The notes beneath the pieces are model-generated. The model was not told the origin of the DNA. It worked only from the letters and a program-made list of their open reading frames with translations, and ran no database searches. A program made the translations under genes and the position numbers. From positions 64,001 through 128,000 of the forward strand of contig JBEKVV010000003.1 in NCBI GenBank assembly GCA_049513715.1: DNA of 64,000 nt, in the 5' to 3' direction. How positions within the stretch are numbered: position 1 is the first letter of the stretch; the number at the start of each line of letters is the position of its first letter. Below are positions 26,682 through 36,206 of the stretch, in pieces. Source of the stretch: Candidatus Bathyarchaeia archaeon (GTDB lineage: Archaea > Thermoproteota > Bathyarchaeia > 40CM-2-53-6).

Positions 26682-27839
26682 TCAGAGAAGGAAGGCAGTC
26701 ACGGTTGCGGCCAATGCAACCGTCACTAATATGGGAAGTACGACGGCCAAACTGTAGATAGAAGAGAGGTAGCCCGCGCCGTACGAAAGTAGAGACCCTG
26801 CGACCAACGAGAGGCCAAGGTTCCCGGCGTATGCCAAGCCCAGCCTCTTTCCTGGTACAGTTGCGCCAACTAGACCATACACCACTGGAAAGGAAAGGAA
26901 GAATGGAACGCCACTCAAGATTTCGAGAACGACAGCGACGATCCACAAATCCTTGGAGAAGGTGAGTACAGTCGCCATTGCTAGAATGATTGTGGTTAAT
27001 ACGAAAGATACTTTGAGGGTTGTTTTCTCACTGCCAAAGAAGGCTACGAACCGTCCCGCGTTGAATGTAAAGCAGACTCCAAACGCAAGCCAGAGCGCAA
27101 CTGCGAGTGCACTAATACCAGGGCTCAGCCCCAAGCTGACATTCAAGTAGAGTGGCATGAACCCTGAAAAAACCAAGTACAAGCATTGGAGAAAAACAGT
27201 GCTGAACTGTGGAATTAGAAACGACCTGCTAAACTTTCGTCCATGGCCTGCTTCAAGTAACTTTTCAGCAAGGTCAGGAGTAGCAGCCTTAGTCTCGCCA
27301 ATCCCCATCAGCCAGGCGAACGCAAACAAAGCAATTACGCAACCGACTCCCCAAAGAACAAACGGAAGGCGCCAACCCAAACTCTCCGCGATGAACCCCG
27401 TGGAAACCATTGCGAATGCCAAACTAGCATCACCAAACGCACTTTGAAATCCCAACGATGCAGCACGATTGCTCGCCGTGCGAAAGATCACGGAAAAGCT
27501 CACGGGATGGTATGCACCTGCAGCCCCTCGCAGAAGAACATAGAACAACAGCATCTGCCAGAAGCTCGTCGCTTCAACGAACACCAAATTCGCAACAGCG
27601 AGAGAAGCAAGGCCCACGAATAACACACGTTTCGTGAACCCAGCATCCGAGAAGAAACCGAACACAAATTGCATTACCACAGTCGCGAGCAAACCCGCGC
27701 TTAGGACGGTTCCAATTTCAACCAGAGAAAGGCTAAGCCCAACGCGCATAACGGGCAAAGCCGCCGAGAAAACTGCAAGCGAACCATCATTCACCGCGTG
27801 AAAAATTCCAAACGCAACCAGCTGGCGCTTGCCGCTCAA
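26682..27839 (-). CDS. MFS transporter (Fsr-like)
   Basis: About 12 TM; HAVND and YHP motifs. Confidence 0.88.
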   Translation of the reverse strand: MSGKRQLVAFGIFHAVNDGSLAVFSAALPVMRVGLSLSLVEIGTVLSAGLLATVVMQFVFGFFSDAGFTKRVLFVGLASLAVANLVFVEATSFWQMLLFYVLLRGAAGAYHPVSFSVIFRTASNRAASLGFQSAFGDASLAFAMVSTGFIAESLGWRLPFVLWGVGCVIALFAFAWLMGIGETKAATPDLAEKLLEAGHGRKFSRSFLIPQFSTVFLQCLYLVFSGFMPLYLNVSLGLSPGISALAVALWLAFGVCFTFNAGRFVAFFGSEKTTLKVSFVLTTIILAMATVLTFSKDLWIVAVVLEILSGVPFFLSFPVVYGLVGATVPGKRLGLAYAGNLGLSLVAGSLLSYGAGYLSSIYSLAVVLPILVTVALAATVTAFLL

Positions 27840-28063
27840 ATAACTTCAACCTTAATGCTAAACTATGTAGACGATAGACATTGGCTGTTGAATAAGGCTT
27901 CACAAGCACTACCAAGCTCGGAAACTTAAAGCAAATTCGTGTTCGTCCATTTTATGGCAAGCGCCACTAGCACACCTCGTCGTGAGCGCCAATGGGTTTC
28001 AGCGGTCAGCTAAGAAATGGTTGCACTCGACTCTCGCGAATATGAAACACAATCAGACTTGAG

Positions 28064-29401
28064 CTATCGAGGAGAGAGCATGTTCCTGTCGAGAACGAGT
28101 TCCGTCTCGGGGCATTTTCTTGCATACATCCTTTTCACGACTAGAGACATCCTTGAGCGACCACCGATTTGTTTTTCAGAAATTTCGATGATTCCGTCAA
28201 AAAGATCTGCAATTGTTTGAGTCTCGGCTTGTGTGGTGATTAGTGGATTCATCACGCATAGGATCGTGAACCCTTCGGCTTTCTTCCTAGCTAGGAAGTC
28301 GTCCATCCATTTCCTGGTCCTAGCTGCTTGGTGTTCGAGCAATGCGTCGGATAGGATGTCCATGATGAGTATTTTGCTTGCGGATGGGTCTATCAGTGGC
28401 TCCAAGATGTTGGCGAGGGAGATGTTGAGTTCGTTCAGGCTTTGAACTCCTGGGATTTTGTGGATGTTGGGTCGGGCAGGGATTATCTTGTCAGCTTGGG
28501 GGCTGAAGGCGTGGAGATTCCTTTTGTATCTATCAGCCAAGTCCCTTGTTCTGCCCAGGTCGCGTGATACAAAGAAGACTGTTCTTGAGGTCGAGATCCC
28601 TGAGGCTATGATTCTTTCTAGGAGCAAATCCGTTTCATTGCACTGGGGGGACAAGAGCAGAACGGAATAGCCAAGGGGTAAGCCGCCATCGAGAGCAGAA
28701 TCTAATGGCGGGTAACCGGTGGGCATGCATGACTCCTCCGGCTTTGAGGCTACTACCGGATGTGCGTCGCCCACGACGCCAGCTTCTCGTTCTGGAGAGG
28801 GCCTCTTCTTCCTAGCTTTGACAAGGAACAGCGAAATTGCCGAGATCACTATAACAACCAGCATAAGGCCGGTCAGAGGAATCGAAGAACCGGAAGGGGG
28901 TGCTTTCGTGGTCGTTGTCGTTGAGAGGGTGGTGTGTGAGCTGGTCGAAGTTGTTGTCACGGTTGTCACGGTTTGTTGAGGCAATTGAGTTACTGCGATT
29001 TGAAATGAACTATGAGTAGAACCCACAATTATCCCGCCCGCCAGCAAGATGGCGACGAGATCAAGCTTCCAAACTCCCGCGGTAGGTGGTGCTTGGGCAT
29101 TGTTGATGACGGTGAAGTTGTAGGCCTGGTTGAGTACGCTGACGAAACCTACGTGAATGGATTGCGTGGAGAAGGATTTGTTCGAGGCTGGGTCAATTAG
29201 GTCAACTCTTCCCGCGATGTCAATCGCAGACTTGGAACAAGTCGCCTCGAGTTGCGTTTTGACCGCAACTGTTTGGTTGGGGTTCACGTTGGCTGGAAAA
29301 TCCATGCGAGTTATTGTGATCTGGCAACCAATCACGTGGGCAGCGAAAGGCGAAGCCCAAAGGGGTGCCAGAAACCACAAGAGAAGGAGATGTAGCCGCA
29401 T
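28064..29401 (-). CDS. Single-pass membrane protein with extracellular Ig-like domain and cytoplasmic degenerate KaiC/RAD55-like ATPase domain
   Basis: Signal peptide, Thr linker, TM, then PTGYPPLDSALDGGLP; Walker A replaced by SPQCNETD; DLFDGII. Confidence 0.8.
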   Translation of the reverse strand: MRLHLLLLWFLAPLWASPFAAHVIGCQITITRMDFPANVNPNQTVAVKTQLEATCSKSAIDIAGRVDLIDPASNKSFSTQSIHVGFVSVLNQAYNFTVINNAQAPPTAGVWKLDLVAILLAGGIIVGSTHSSFQIAVTQLPQQTVTTVTTTSTSSHTTLSTTTTTKAPPSGSSIPLTGLMLVVIVISAISLFLVKARKKRPSPEREAGVVGDAHPVVASKPEESCMPTGYPPLDSALDGGLPLGYSVLLLSPQCNETDLLLERIIASGISTSRTVFFVSRDLGRTRDLADRYKRNLHAFSPQADKIIPARPNIHKIPGVQSLNELNISLANILEPLIDPSASKILIMDILSDALLEHQAARTRKWMDDFLARKKAEGFTILCVMNPLITTQAETQTIADLFDGIIEISEKQIGGRSRMSLVVKRMYARKCPETELVLDRNMLSPR

Positions 29402-29623
29402 AAAGCGTGAACCTCAACTTCCAACATGAACGTTAAGGAGTCAAGACGCCCTTCACATTTAAGCGCTCTTCACGGTCGAGTTGTCTCACGCGCAAATGCA
29501 CAATCCCAAGAAATACCAGACTCACAACGAACACGCGTTCGCGTCACGAAGGATAATGCCTCTAGCTGTCGCCGGCTGAGGTAGGTTCTATCTCGGCGAA
29601 GAAACCGACGCGCCCGAAAACTC

Positions 29624-29956
29624 GTGCTGATAGGCACAATACTTGAGAACCTCGGTGTACGCTTCAGATCCGCTGTGATAAAGAATCAGGCAACGGTGCT
29701 GATGAACGCAAAAGGAGGCTTTGAGGTACCAGTTTTTAGCCCGTACGCCAGAACGCACAAGTTCGAACTATCCGAGAAGCCAGGAAAGGCGAAAAGGTTT
29801 CAGGGAGCATGGCCCAAATGGTTGAGGGACGAAGTCAACGACCTACTGGCGCACAATGAACCATCTGAAAAAGCGTGCGGACAATCCTCAACAAATACAG
29901 TATTGCGATCAGATCACAGCACCCCCAAGCGATCGAGGGTTGAAGACGCCAAGTAG
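29624..29956 (+). CDS. Hypothetical protein
   Basis: 110-aa ORF, no recognisable motif. Confidence 0.35.
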   Translation: MLIGTILENLGVRFRSAVIKNQATVLMNAKGGFEVPVFSPYARTHKFELSEKPGKAKRFQGAWPKWLRDEVNDLLAHNEPSEKACGQSSTNTVLRSDHSTPKRSRVEDAK

Positions 29957-30291
29957 GAAATGGAGGTGGTGCCGAGGGCGGGAATTTCCGGGACTGTTTG
30001 CAGTTCCTTTTGAATCCGCGATTCGGCCTACGCGTTTTCTGCGTAGTCAACCCGGTCTTCAGCTTCACCCACGTGGTCGGGTGCTCTCCCAGGCTGAGCT
30101 ACCTCGGCTCCGAAAGAGCCAGACTGGCGAGAAGGAATTAAGAGTTTCCCAACGTTACAGTGCGCGAAGCCCAGCTTCATCGCAAGATTCGAGTTTCATG
30201 ATATCCACAGTTGTGGTTGTGGGGTCCGCGTAATTTCAACTGGGGCTTAACGAAGGTTTTTAGGCGGATGGTGGAAACCAGTCGGAACGAT

Positions 30292-30436
30292 GGGCCGGTA
30301 GATCAGCCTGGTATGAGCATCGCTGACATGGCGAAGCGACTACATCGTCCGCTTGGCATGCTATAACAGCCCGCAATGCGGAAAGACCCTAAGAAATCCC
30401 GCAAGGTCGCGGGTTCAAATCCCGCCCGGTCCACCA
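30292..30436 (+). tRNA. tRNA-Ala(GGC) with three introns (22/23: 30316-30343; 37/38: 30359-30376; 44/45: 30384-30404)
   Basis: Acceptor GGGCCGG/CCGGTCC+ACCA with G3.U70, T-arm GCGGG-TTCAAAT-CCCGC, anticodon stem TCCGC/GCGGA; splicing gives a 78-nt cloverleaf. Confidence 0.92.
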
Positions 30437-30447
30437 CCATTACGTCA

Positions 30448-30468
30448 AGTGGTCTATTGGTGCGACGG
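30448..30468 (+). repeat. Dyad site core just downstream of tRNA-Ala
   Basis: GTGGT-CTAT-TGGTGCG. Confidence 0.6.
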
Positions 30469-30772
30469 AGGAACCTAAACTTTGGGACAATTCTTCTTGT
30501 GTAAAGGGAAAATTTCTGAACTGTTCGTTTCGAAACCACACTTATCGCACACGAATCGTTGTCCTTCCTTTTCGAACCTAGGAATCATGGTTAAACAACG
30601 CCATCAATTATCCAAGCATACACTAATACTTTGTCGATTCTCCTACCCTCACCTCAATCAAAACCCCCCGGACTGGAGGTGAGTGATGCACCGGTCTCAG
30701 AATTGGCTAGTGGTGAATTTGATGAGGGAGGAGTAGTTAGGGGGCACCCCAATAAAATCAGACAAGATTTTC

Positions 30773-30803
30773 GTGTATGTTTGGGCACCGGCTGACCCAC
30801 ACT
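30773..30803 (-). repeat. Dyad site
   Basis: Minus: GTGTGGGT-CAGC-CGGTGCC-CAAACATACAC. Confidence 0.7.
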
Positions 30804-30873
30804 ATCCTGATCTAATCAGCCTCTTGACCAAAGAGTTTTAACCAAAAATCAACCATCATCCACCAGATTTCAA

Positions 30874-31047
30874 ATGAGTAATGCGAAATCCTATCTTGCA
30901 ATATCAATGGGCATAATAATACTCCTCGCGGATTTGTGGTGGACTTGGACAAGCTACACGTATCTGCCTTGGCTAGCTGCGGGCGTAATAATAGGAGTAG
31001 CCAGCGTGATATGGATAGGTCTTGACTACGACCTTATGAAAAAGTAA
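30874..31047 (+). CDS. 57-aa two-TM membrane protein (missed by ORF track)
   Basis: MSNAKSYLAISMGIIILLADLWWTWTSYTYLPWLAAGVIIGVASVIWIGLDYDLMKK*; AT-rich TTTTAA upstream. Confidence 0.7.
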   Translation: MSNAKSYLAISMGIIILLADLWWTWTSYTYLPWLAAGVIIGVASVIWIGLDYDLMKK

Positions 31048-31065
31048 ACGTCCTCCGCAGAAACC

Positions 31066-31092
31066 GAGGCTTGCGCACCAGTAGACCACAGT
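31066..31092 (-). repeat. Dyad site
   Basis: Minus: CTGTGGT-CTAC-TGGTGCG-CAAGC. Confidence 0.65.
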
Positions 31093-31108
31093 GAAACGCA
31101 GAATCCCT

Positions 31109-31633
31109 TCAGGGAGCTACTTGTCCGGCGAAGACCCCTTTGTAGGCAGCAGCTCCTGTCGCTTCCTCGATTATGACTTGGCAGATCGCGGTTCCAGGAT
31201 GCAAGGCCAAGGGGAGCGGGGAGACGTTGAGGATTTCCAGAACGACTCGGCCCGTGCTCCCTGGTTGGATGAACCCACTGCTTAGATGGATCAGAAGCCC
31301 CACACGCGCAAAACGCGACCTTCCCTCGATTCGCCCACTCAAAGTGGGCGGGAATGTGAGGTTCTCCTCTGTTATTCCCTGAACAAGCTCGTTGGGCATC
31401 ATGAGCAAATGATTACCCCGATCGACTTTGACAACTCGAGTGAGTTGTTTGTAGTCGGCATCTTCACGAACATGGAAGACATCTCTCGTCTTCTCGAAGA
31501 CGCGAAACGTATCCCCGAGGTGAAGATCAATAGAAGCCGGACCGACTTGATTCTTGTTGAAGGGCTGTATCCTAATCGCTCCTTCCTCAATCAATTTGAG
31601 TATTCGATCTCGTCCGAGCGTTGCCATATGCAC
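31109..31633 (-). CDS. dcd: dCTP deaminase
   Basis: PASIDLHLG, EGRSRFARVGL, VLEILN. Confidence 0.93.
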   Translation of the reverse strand: MHMATLGRDRILKLIEEGAIRIQPFNKNQVGPASIDLHLGDTFRVFEKTRDVFHVREDADYKQLTRVVKVDRGNHLLMMPNELVQGITEENLTFPPTLSGRIEGRSRFARVGLLIHLSSGFIQPGSTGRVVLEILNVSPLPLALHPGTAICQVIIEEATGAAAYKGVFAGQVAP

Positions 31634-31799
31634 CCAAGCGTGGTTCCGGTATTGTAGGATGAGGTATCTGGATTTTACGCTATCTGTTAACTCGCAGGTG
31701 GCTGGTTCCTGGTTGCCGTACGCAACGCAGCGCCCAGCCCACGCCAGTCAATGGTTCAAAAAGTTTGAATTACCATGCCGACATGAATCGGTGTCAGCA

Positions 31800-32282
31800 A
31801 TGCTAACTGTTTCCGTAACCTACAAGTTTAGCCAGCGATTCCCTGTCCCAGCCCAGAAGGCCTACCAATGGTGCACTGACTACGAACCCAGTGACCTAGC
31901 ATTAATGCATGAGAAGGGCCACCGTGAAATCCGCAAAGTAACGAACGACACAATAATCTTCAAGGAAACCGTCAAACAAAACGGGAAGAATATCAGGAAA
32001 ATCAAGCTCGTCAAACTCAACCCCAAAAGCCTCTCTTGGTACAATATCCAAATCTCCGGGCCCAACAAACATTCTGCGTTCCTCTACGAAATCGTGCCTG
32101 AAGGTAAGCATAAATCAAGACTCAATTTCACCGGACTCCTAGTAGTATACAGCAAGGTCAGGCTTACGCCGCAAAGGATCAGACAAATCGCCAATCGCGA
32201 AAGGCGGTATGATTCTATTGCATGGAAACTCCTCGCAAGAGCAATGACAAAAGAGTACCCTGGAGTCAGCAAGCAAACATGA
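31800..32282 (+). CDS. Hypothetical protein, SRPBCC/START-like fold
   Basis: ATG 31800; 'AYQWCTDY' and YEIVPEG..SRL pattern. Confidence 0.6.
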   Translation: MLTVSVTYKFSQRFPVPAQKAYQWCTDYEPSDLALMHEKGHREIRKVTNDTIIFKETVKQNGKNIRKIKLVKLNPKSLSWYNIQISGPNKHSAFLYEIVPEGKHKSRLNFTGLLVVYSKVRLTPQRIRQIANRERRYDSIAWKLLARAMTKEYPGVSKQT

Positions 32283-32367
32283 CGTGGACGCTTGAAGACT
32301 CGGAGCGAATGTCGCCCAAACGTTCAAAGCCCGCCTGAATATTCAGACAAGCTGCACGCTGTCATCT

Positions 32368-33195
32368 GTGGCACGAGAACAGAGAGAATTGTTCAACGAA
32401 AATAGTAAGGAAACGCAGCTCCTGAAATCATTGGGATTGTCAGGGGGCGAGTCTGCAATTTACCTCAAACTCCTCTCCCAATCTGAGGGAGAAATGCTCG
32501 ACAGGGTTGTTACGGCGTTCGGGGTCCCGGCGGACATTGCTGAGGATGCGTTGAAGGCCCTTGCGGACAAAGGCCTTGTCAAAATCCAAAGCAACAGAGT
32601 TGAGGTGGTGCAACCTCGGATCGTACTTCAAAGAATATTGGAGCATAGGAAACGGAATGTGGATAGCCAATTGGCGCAGGAAACCTCAGTCGCGCTGCAG
32701 CTGGAGAAGTTGTTGGAGCCAGTCTACTGGGAGAACCGGCTGGGAATTAGGCCGGAGGATATCATAGAGCCTCTCCGCGATCTTCCCGAGATGGAGCTCC
32801 GCACCGCTCGAATCCTTGGCAACGCTGGCAAGGAGGCTTTCATTTTCGCACAAACCTTTGGCTGGTTCAGCAAGGTCCGAGAATCAGTCTTCCAAGCCCA
32901 CGACCGCGGCGTAGGCATGAGGATATTGATGATGGTTAACGACGAGTCCACACGGGAAAAGGCGAAGGAGCTCAGGGATTTGGGCATTCAGGTGCGGCAC
33001 TGCGCCGAGGAATGGTACCCAGTTCGCGGAACCCTTGTGGACGACCAGGAATTGGTTTTCTTAGTTTGGGCTACCAAGAAGCTTGACGTTCCACGGCCAA
33101 TCTACTACCGCCCACACTACACACAAAACCAGGGCCTAATCCGGGTTTTCAGGGACGCGTTCCTGAAAAGATGGGAAGAAGGCCAGAAAATCTAG
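32368..33195 (+). CDS. TrmB-family transcriptional regulator
   Basis: LKSLGLSGGESAIYLKLL wHTH; PLD-like C-domain (RGVGMRIL, RGTLVDD). Confidence 0.85.
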   Translation: MAREQRELFNENSKETQLLKSLGLSGGESAIYLKLLSQSEGEMLDRVVTAFGVPADIAEDALKALADKGLVKIQSNRVEVVQPRIVLQRILEHRKRNVDSQLAQETSVALQLEKLLEPVYWENRLGIRPEDIIEPLRDLPEMELRTARILGNAGKEAFIFAQTFGWFSKVRESVFQAHDRGVGMRILMMVNDESTREKAKELRDLGIQVRHCAEEWYPVRGTLVDDQELVFLVWATKKLDVPRPIYYRPHYTQNQGLIRVFRDAFLKRWEEGQKI

Positions 33196-33682
33196 CTCCG
33201 CGGTTCACATGGAATGTGAAAGGGTCACCGAATTCGCAGTAGATCTTGCTAACGCTGGCCAGAATCGTCCTTAGTGATGAATCCACTTTAACCAGATGAC
33301 TTTGGCAAGTGCAATCCGTTGCACCTAGGTGCGGGAGTACAACTCTGACATCGACCGCTCTGTGAATACGTCTATTCACCAAACACTCCAGTCGCCTTCC
33401 AGATTTCACGCAAACACCCGCCCTGACCACGTACTCCTCGCGCGTTGTGAGGTAGTCAACATGCCAGTGGGCTCTTTTGGAACGGCGAATGTGACGACCG
33501 AGCCTTCTCTCAAGAGACAGCGCTCCCTGTCCTAGGGCGGAACCTGTGTAAACGTAGTACCCCGTGGTAAGCCTCGCGGAGCCCAGCTTACCGAACCTTA
33601 CCCGCATCGGCCTCTTGGATTCAATGACTAACGTGTACGTTCCTTTCACGAACGGGAGCTCCGAAGCACAAATAGCGCCCAT
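33149..33682 (-). CDS. GIY-YIG (Uri/DUF123) endonuclease
   Basis: KGTYTL, GYYVYTGSA, HWHVDYL, GATDCTCQSHL. Confidence 0.9.
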   Translation of the reverse strand: MGAICASELPFVKGTYTLVIESKRPMRVRFGKLGSARLTTGYYVYTGSALGQGALSLERRLGRHIRRSKRAHWHVDYLTTREEYVVRAGVCVKSGRRLECLVNRRIHRAVDVRVVLPHLGATDCTCQSHLVKVDSSLRTILASVSKIYCEFGDPFTFHVNRGARFSGLLPIFSGTRP

Positions 33683-33717
33683 GGGCCGCCTTATGCTGAA
33701 TGGTCTAGGTGGTGGCG

Positions 33718-34815
33718 ATGAAGGCGATAGTTCTTGCGGGCGGCTACGCAACTCGCCTCAGGCCCATAAGCTACGCCCTACCCAAACTCCTCTTCCCAGT
33801 CCTTGGAAAACCAATGATCTATTGGACCCTCGAACTTCTCAGGAATTTTGGCGTAGACGAAGTTGTCCTCGGAGTGAACTATCTATCTGATCTACTTCGC
33901 GCTGTTGTTGGCGAGAAATATGGTAACATGACGGTCAACTATTCCCTTGAAAATTTCCCGTTGGGGACTGCTGGGCCGATAAAGCTGGCATCCCAAATGG
34001 TTAGTATTAACGAGACCTTCGTCGCCATGAACGGCGACATCATCACGAACATCGACCTCGCAAAAATGCGACAACGACATGAAACAAACCAAGCCTCAAT
34101 TACAGACGCACTCTACGAAGTGAAAGATCCCCGAAGATTCGGCGTCGTCCAACTGGATTCGGACGGACATATCAGACGGTTTATTGAGAAACCTATTCTG
34201 AAAGAAGCCCCCAGCCACCTCATCAACGCAGGCGTTTACATGATTCAGCCAGAAGTCCTCGAAATGATTCCTCCAAACAGAAAGGTCTCGCTGGAGCGCG
34301 AAATATTCCCTGTTCTAGCAAGTGAGGGCAGGCTGTGTGGGTTCACATTTTCCGGCTACTGGTTCGACATCGGCGACATGGCGGAATTTCGGAAAGCCAA
34401 CTTCCAATTACTCAAACAACGGAGCTTAGGGTCCCTTCTGCAGGAAAGCGACGTGAAGATTGCTGCGGATGCAAAAGTCAGAGTCCCATCATTTTTGGGT
34501 GAATCCTCTCAAGTAGAAAGCAAAGTGTCAGCGGGCCCCTACGTATTGGTAGGTAAGAAGTCTCAGATAATGAGGGGCGCGAGCGTGGCAGACTCAATTT
34601 TGTTCGACAACGTAACGATTGGCGAAGGCTCCATCATTCAAGGGGCAATCGTGGCCTCCAATACAACAATCGGAAAGATGGTGAGAATAGAGGCAGGGGC
34701 GGTTATTTCCCCACACGTTCAAATTCATGACGGAGTCAGGATAGGCCGCAACGCAATAGTTCACCCCTTCAAGGAGATCACCTCAAACATTCGCGCCAAC
34801 GCGCACGCTATGTGA
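33718..34815 (+). CDS. NDP-sugar pyrophosphorylase (mannose-1-phosphate guanylyltransferase-like)
   Basis: LAGGYATRLRP..PK, GTAG, NGD, hexapeptide C-terminal repeats. Confidence 0.93.
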   Translation: MKAIVLAGGYATRLRPISYALPKLLFPVLGKPMIYWTLELLRNFGVDEVVLGVNYLSDLLRAVVGEKYGNMTVNYSLENFPLGTAGPIKLASQMVSINETFVAMNGDIITNIDLAKMRQRHETNQASITDALYEVKDPRRFGVVQLDSDGHIRRFIEKPILKEAPSHLINAGVYMIQPEVLEMIPPNRKVSLEREIFPVLASEGRLCGFTFSGYWFDIGDMAEFRKANFQLLKQRSLGSLLQESDVKIAADAKVRVPSFLGESSQVESKVSAGPYVLVGKKSQIMRGASVADSILFDNVTIGEGSIIQGAIVASNTTIGKMVRIEAGAVISPHVQIHDGVRIGRNAIVHPFKEITSNIRANAHAM

Positions 34816-36206
34816 AGAAGTGGAGTTCATTGGCAGAAAGAAAACTGTTCGGCACTAATGGTGTTCGAGGCATCGTAAACAAAGAACTCACAGCAGAACT
34901 TGCCCTGAAACTATCGATGGCCACGGGCACATACTTCAAAGGTGAAGACATGGCCGTCGGCTGTGATGGTCGAGTTTCAGGTCCCATCTTCCTAGAAACA
35001 GTCTGTTCGGGGCTCGCAAGTGTCGGATGCAGAGTCTGGAACCTGGGCCTGATAACTACACCCGCCCTGCAATTTCTAACAAAAGACTGGAAGCTAAGGG
35101 GAAGCGTGATGGTCACCGCCAGCCATAACCCCCCCGACTACAACGGCATGAAGGTCATGGGGAATAGTGGCGTCGAACTCCCACACGAGGAAGAGGCAGA
35201 AATCGAAAAGATTTACTACCAATCAAAATGGAAACTCGCGCAATGGAACAAAGTCAAACCGCCACTTCCTGTAGCCGACAGATTCTCAAGATACGTGAAT
35301 TCAGTCATCGAACACATCGGGCGCGTCCCCGCTGGAAGGGGTTTCAAGGTTCTCGTAGACGCCGGCAATGGTGTGAGTGTTCTTGCCACTCCACCAATAC
35401 TGGAAAAACTCGGTTGCGAAGTCTCCATTGTGAACGGGAGGATTGACGGAACATTCCCGGGCAGGCTCCCCGAGCCCACACCAGAGCACCTCAAGGAGAC
35501 TTCGAGAATCCTTCCCACGCTTCACGCCAACTTCGGCGTCGCACACGACGGTGACGGAGACAGGGCGGTCTTTCTCGACGAGCACGGAAAGGTGTGCTGG
35601 GGAGACCAAACCTTCGCCCTCATCATAAAGGACTTCTTAGAAACACACTCTGGCCGCAAGATTGTAACCCCAATCAGCTCGTCTCAGATGATTGAGGAAA
35701 TCGCGGAGAAATACGGGGGCGAAATCGTTTGGACCCCTGTTGGCAGCGTGTACGTCTCGAATCTCATGCTGAAGATCGATGCCAAGCTCGGCGGCGAGGA
35801 GAACGGCGGCATCTTCTACTCACCCCACGTCGCGGCAAGGGATGGGGGAATTACAACTGCGTGGATTTACAAAATCCTCGCTGAAACTCGAAAGCCTCTC
35901 TCGAAACTAGTGGATGAACTTCCGAAATACTACCTCGTTAAGGACAAGATGCCCTGCCCAGATACAATCAAAGAAAAAGTAACCGAGGAAGTTCGAAATC
36001 TCCCCAGAAAGGGCAAGGTGCTGGACATCGATGGCATCAAAGTGTGGGCTCCTCCTAGGTCTTGGATTCTAATCCGCCCCAGCGGAACAGAGCCACTATT
36101 CAGAATCCTCGCCGAGGCACCAACAAAAGGCCTAGCCATGAAAATAGTCAACGACTACAAGATCAAACTGTCACGAATAATCAAGAGGTGCCTTAGAAAT
36201 GCTTGA
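34812..36206 (+). CDS. glmM: Phosphohexomutase (GlmM/PMM-PGM)
   Basis: FGTNGVRG, TASHNP, DGDGDR, RPSGTEP. Confidence 0.93.
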   Translation: MKKWSSLAERKLFGTNGVRGIVNKELTAELALKLSMATGTYFKGEDMAVGCDGRVSGPIFLETVCSGLASVGCRVWNLGLITTPALQFLTKDWKLRGSVMVTASHNPPDYNGMKVMGNSGVELPHEEEAEIEKIYYQSKWKLAQWNKVKPPLPVADRFSRYVNSVIEHIGRVPAGRGFKVLVDAGNGVSVLATPPILEKLGCEVSIVNGRIDGTFPGRLPEPTPEHLKETSRILPTLHANFGVAHDGDGDRAVFLDEHGKVCWGDQTFALIIKDFLETHSGRKIVTPISSSQMIEEIAEKYGGEIVWTPVGSVYVSNLMLKIDAKLGGEENGGIFYSPHVAARDGGITTAWIYKILAETRKPLSKLVDELPKYYLVKDKMPCPDTIKEKVTEEVRNLPRKGKVLDIDGIKVWAPPRSWILIRPSGTEPLFRILAEAPTKGLAMKIVNDYKIKLSRIIKRCLRNA

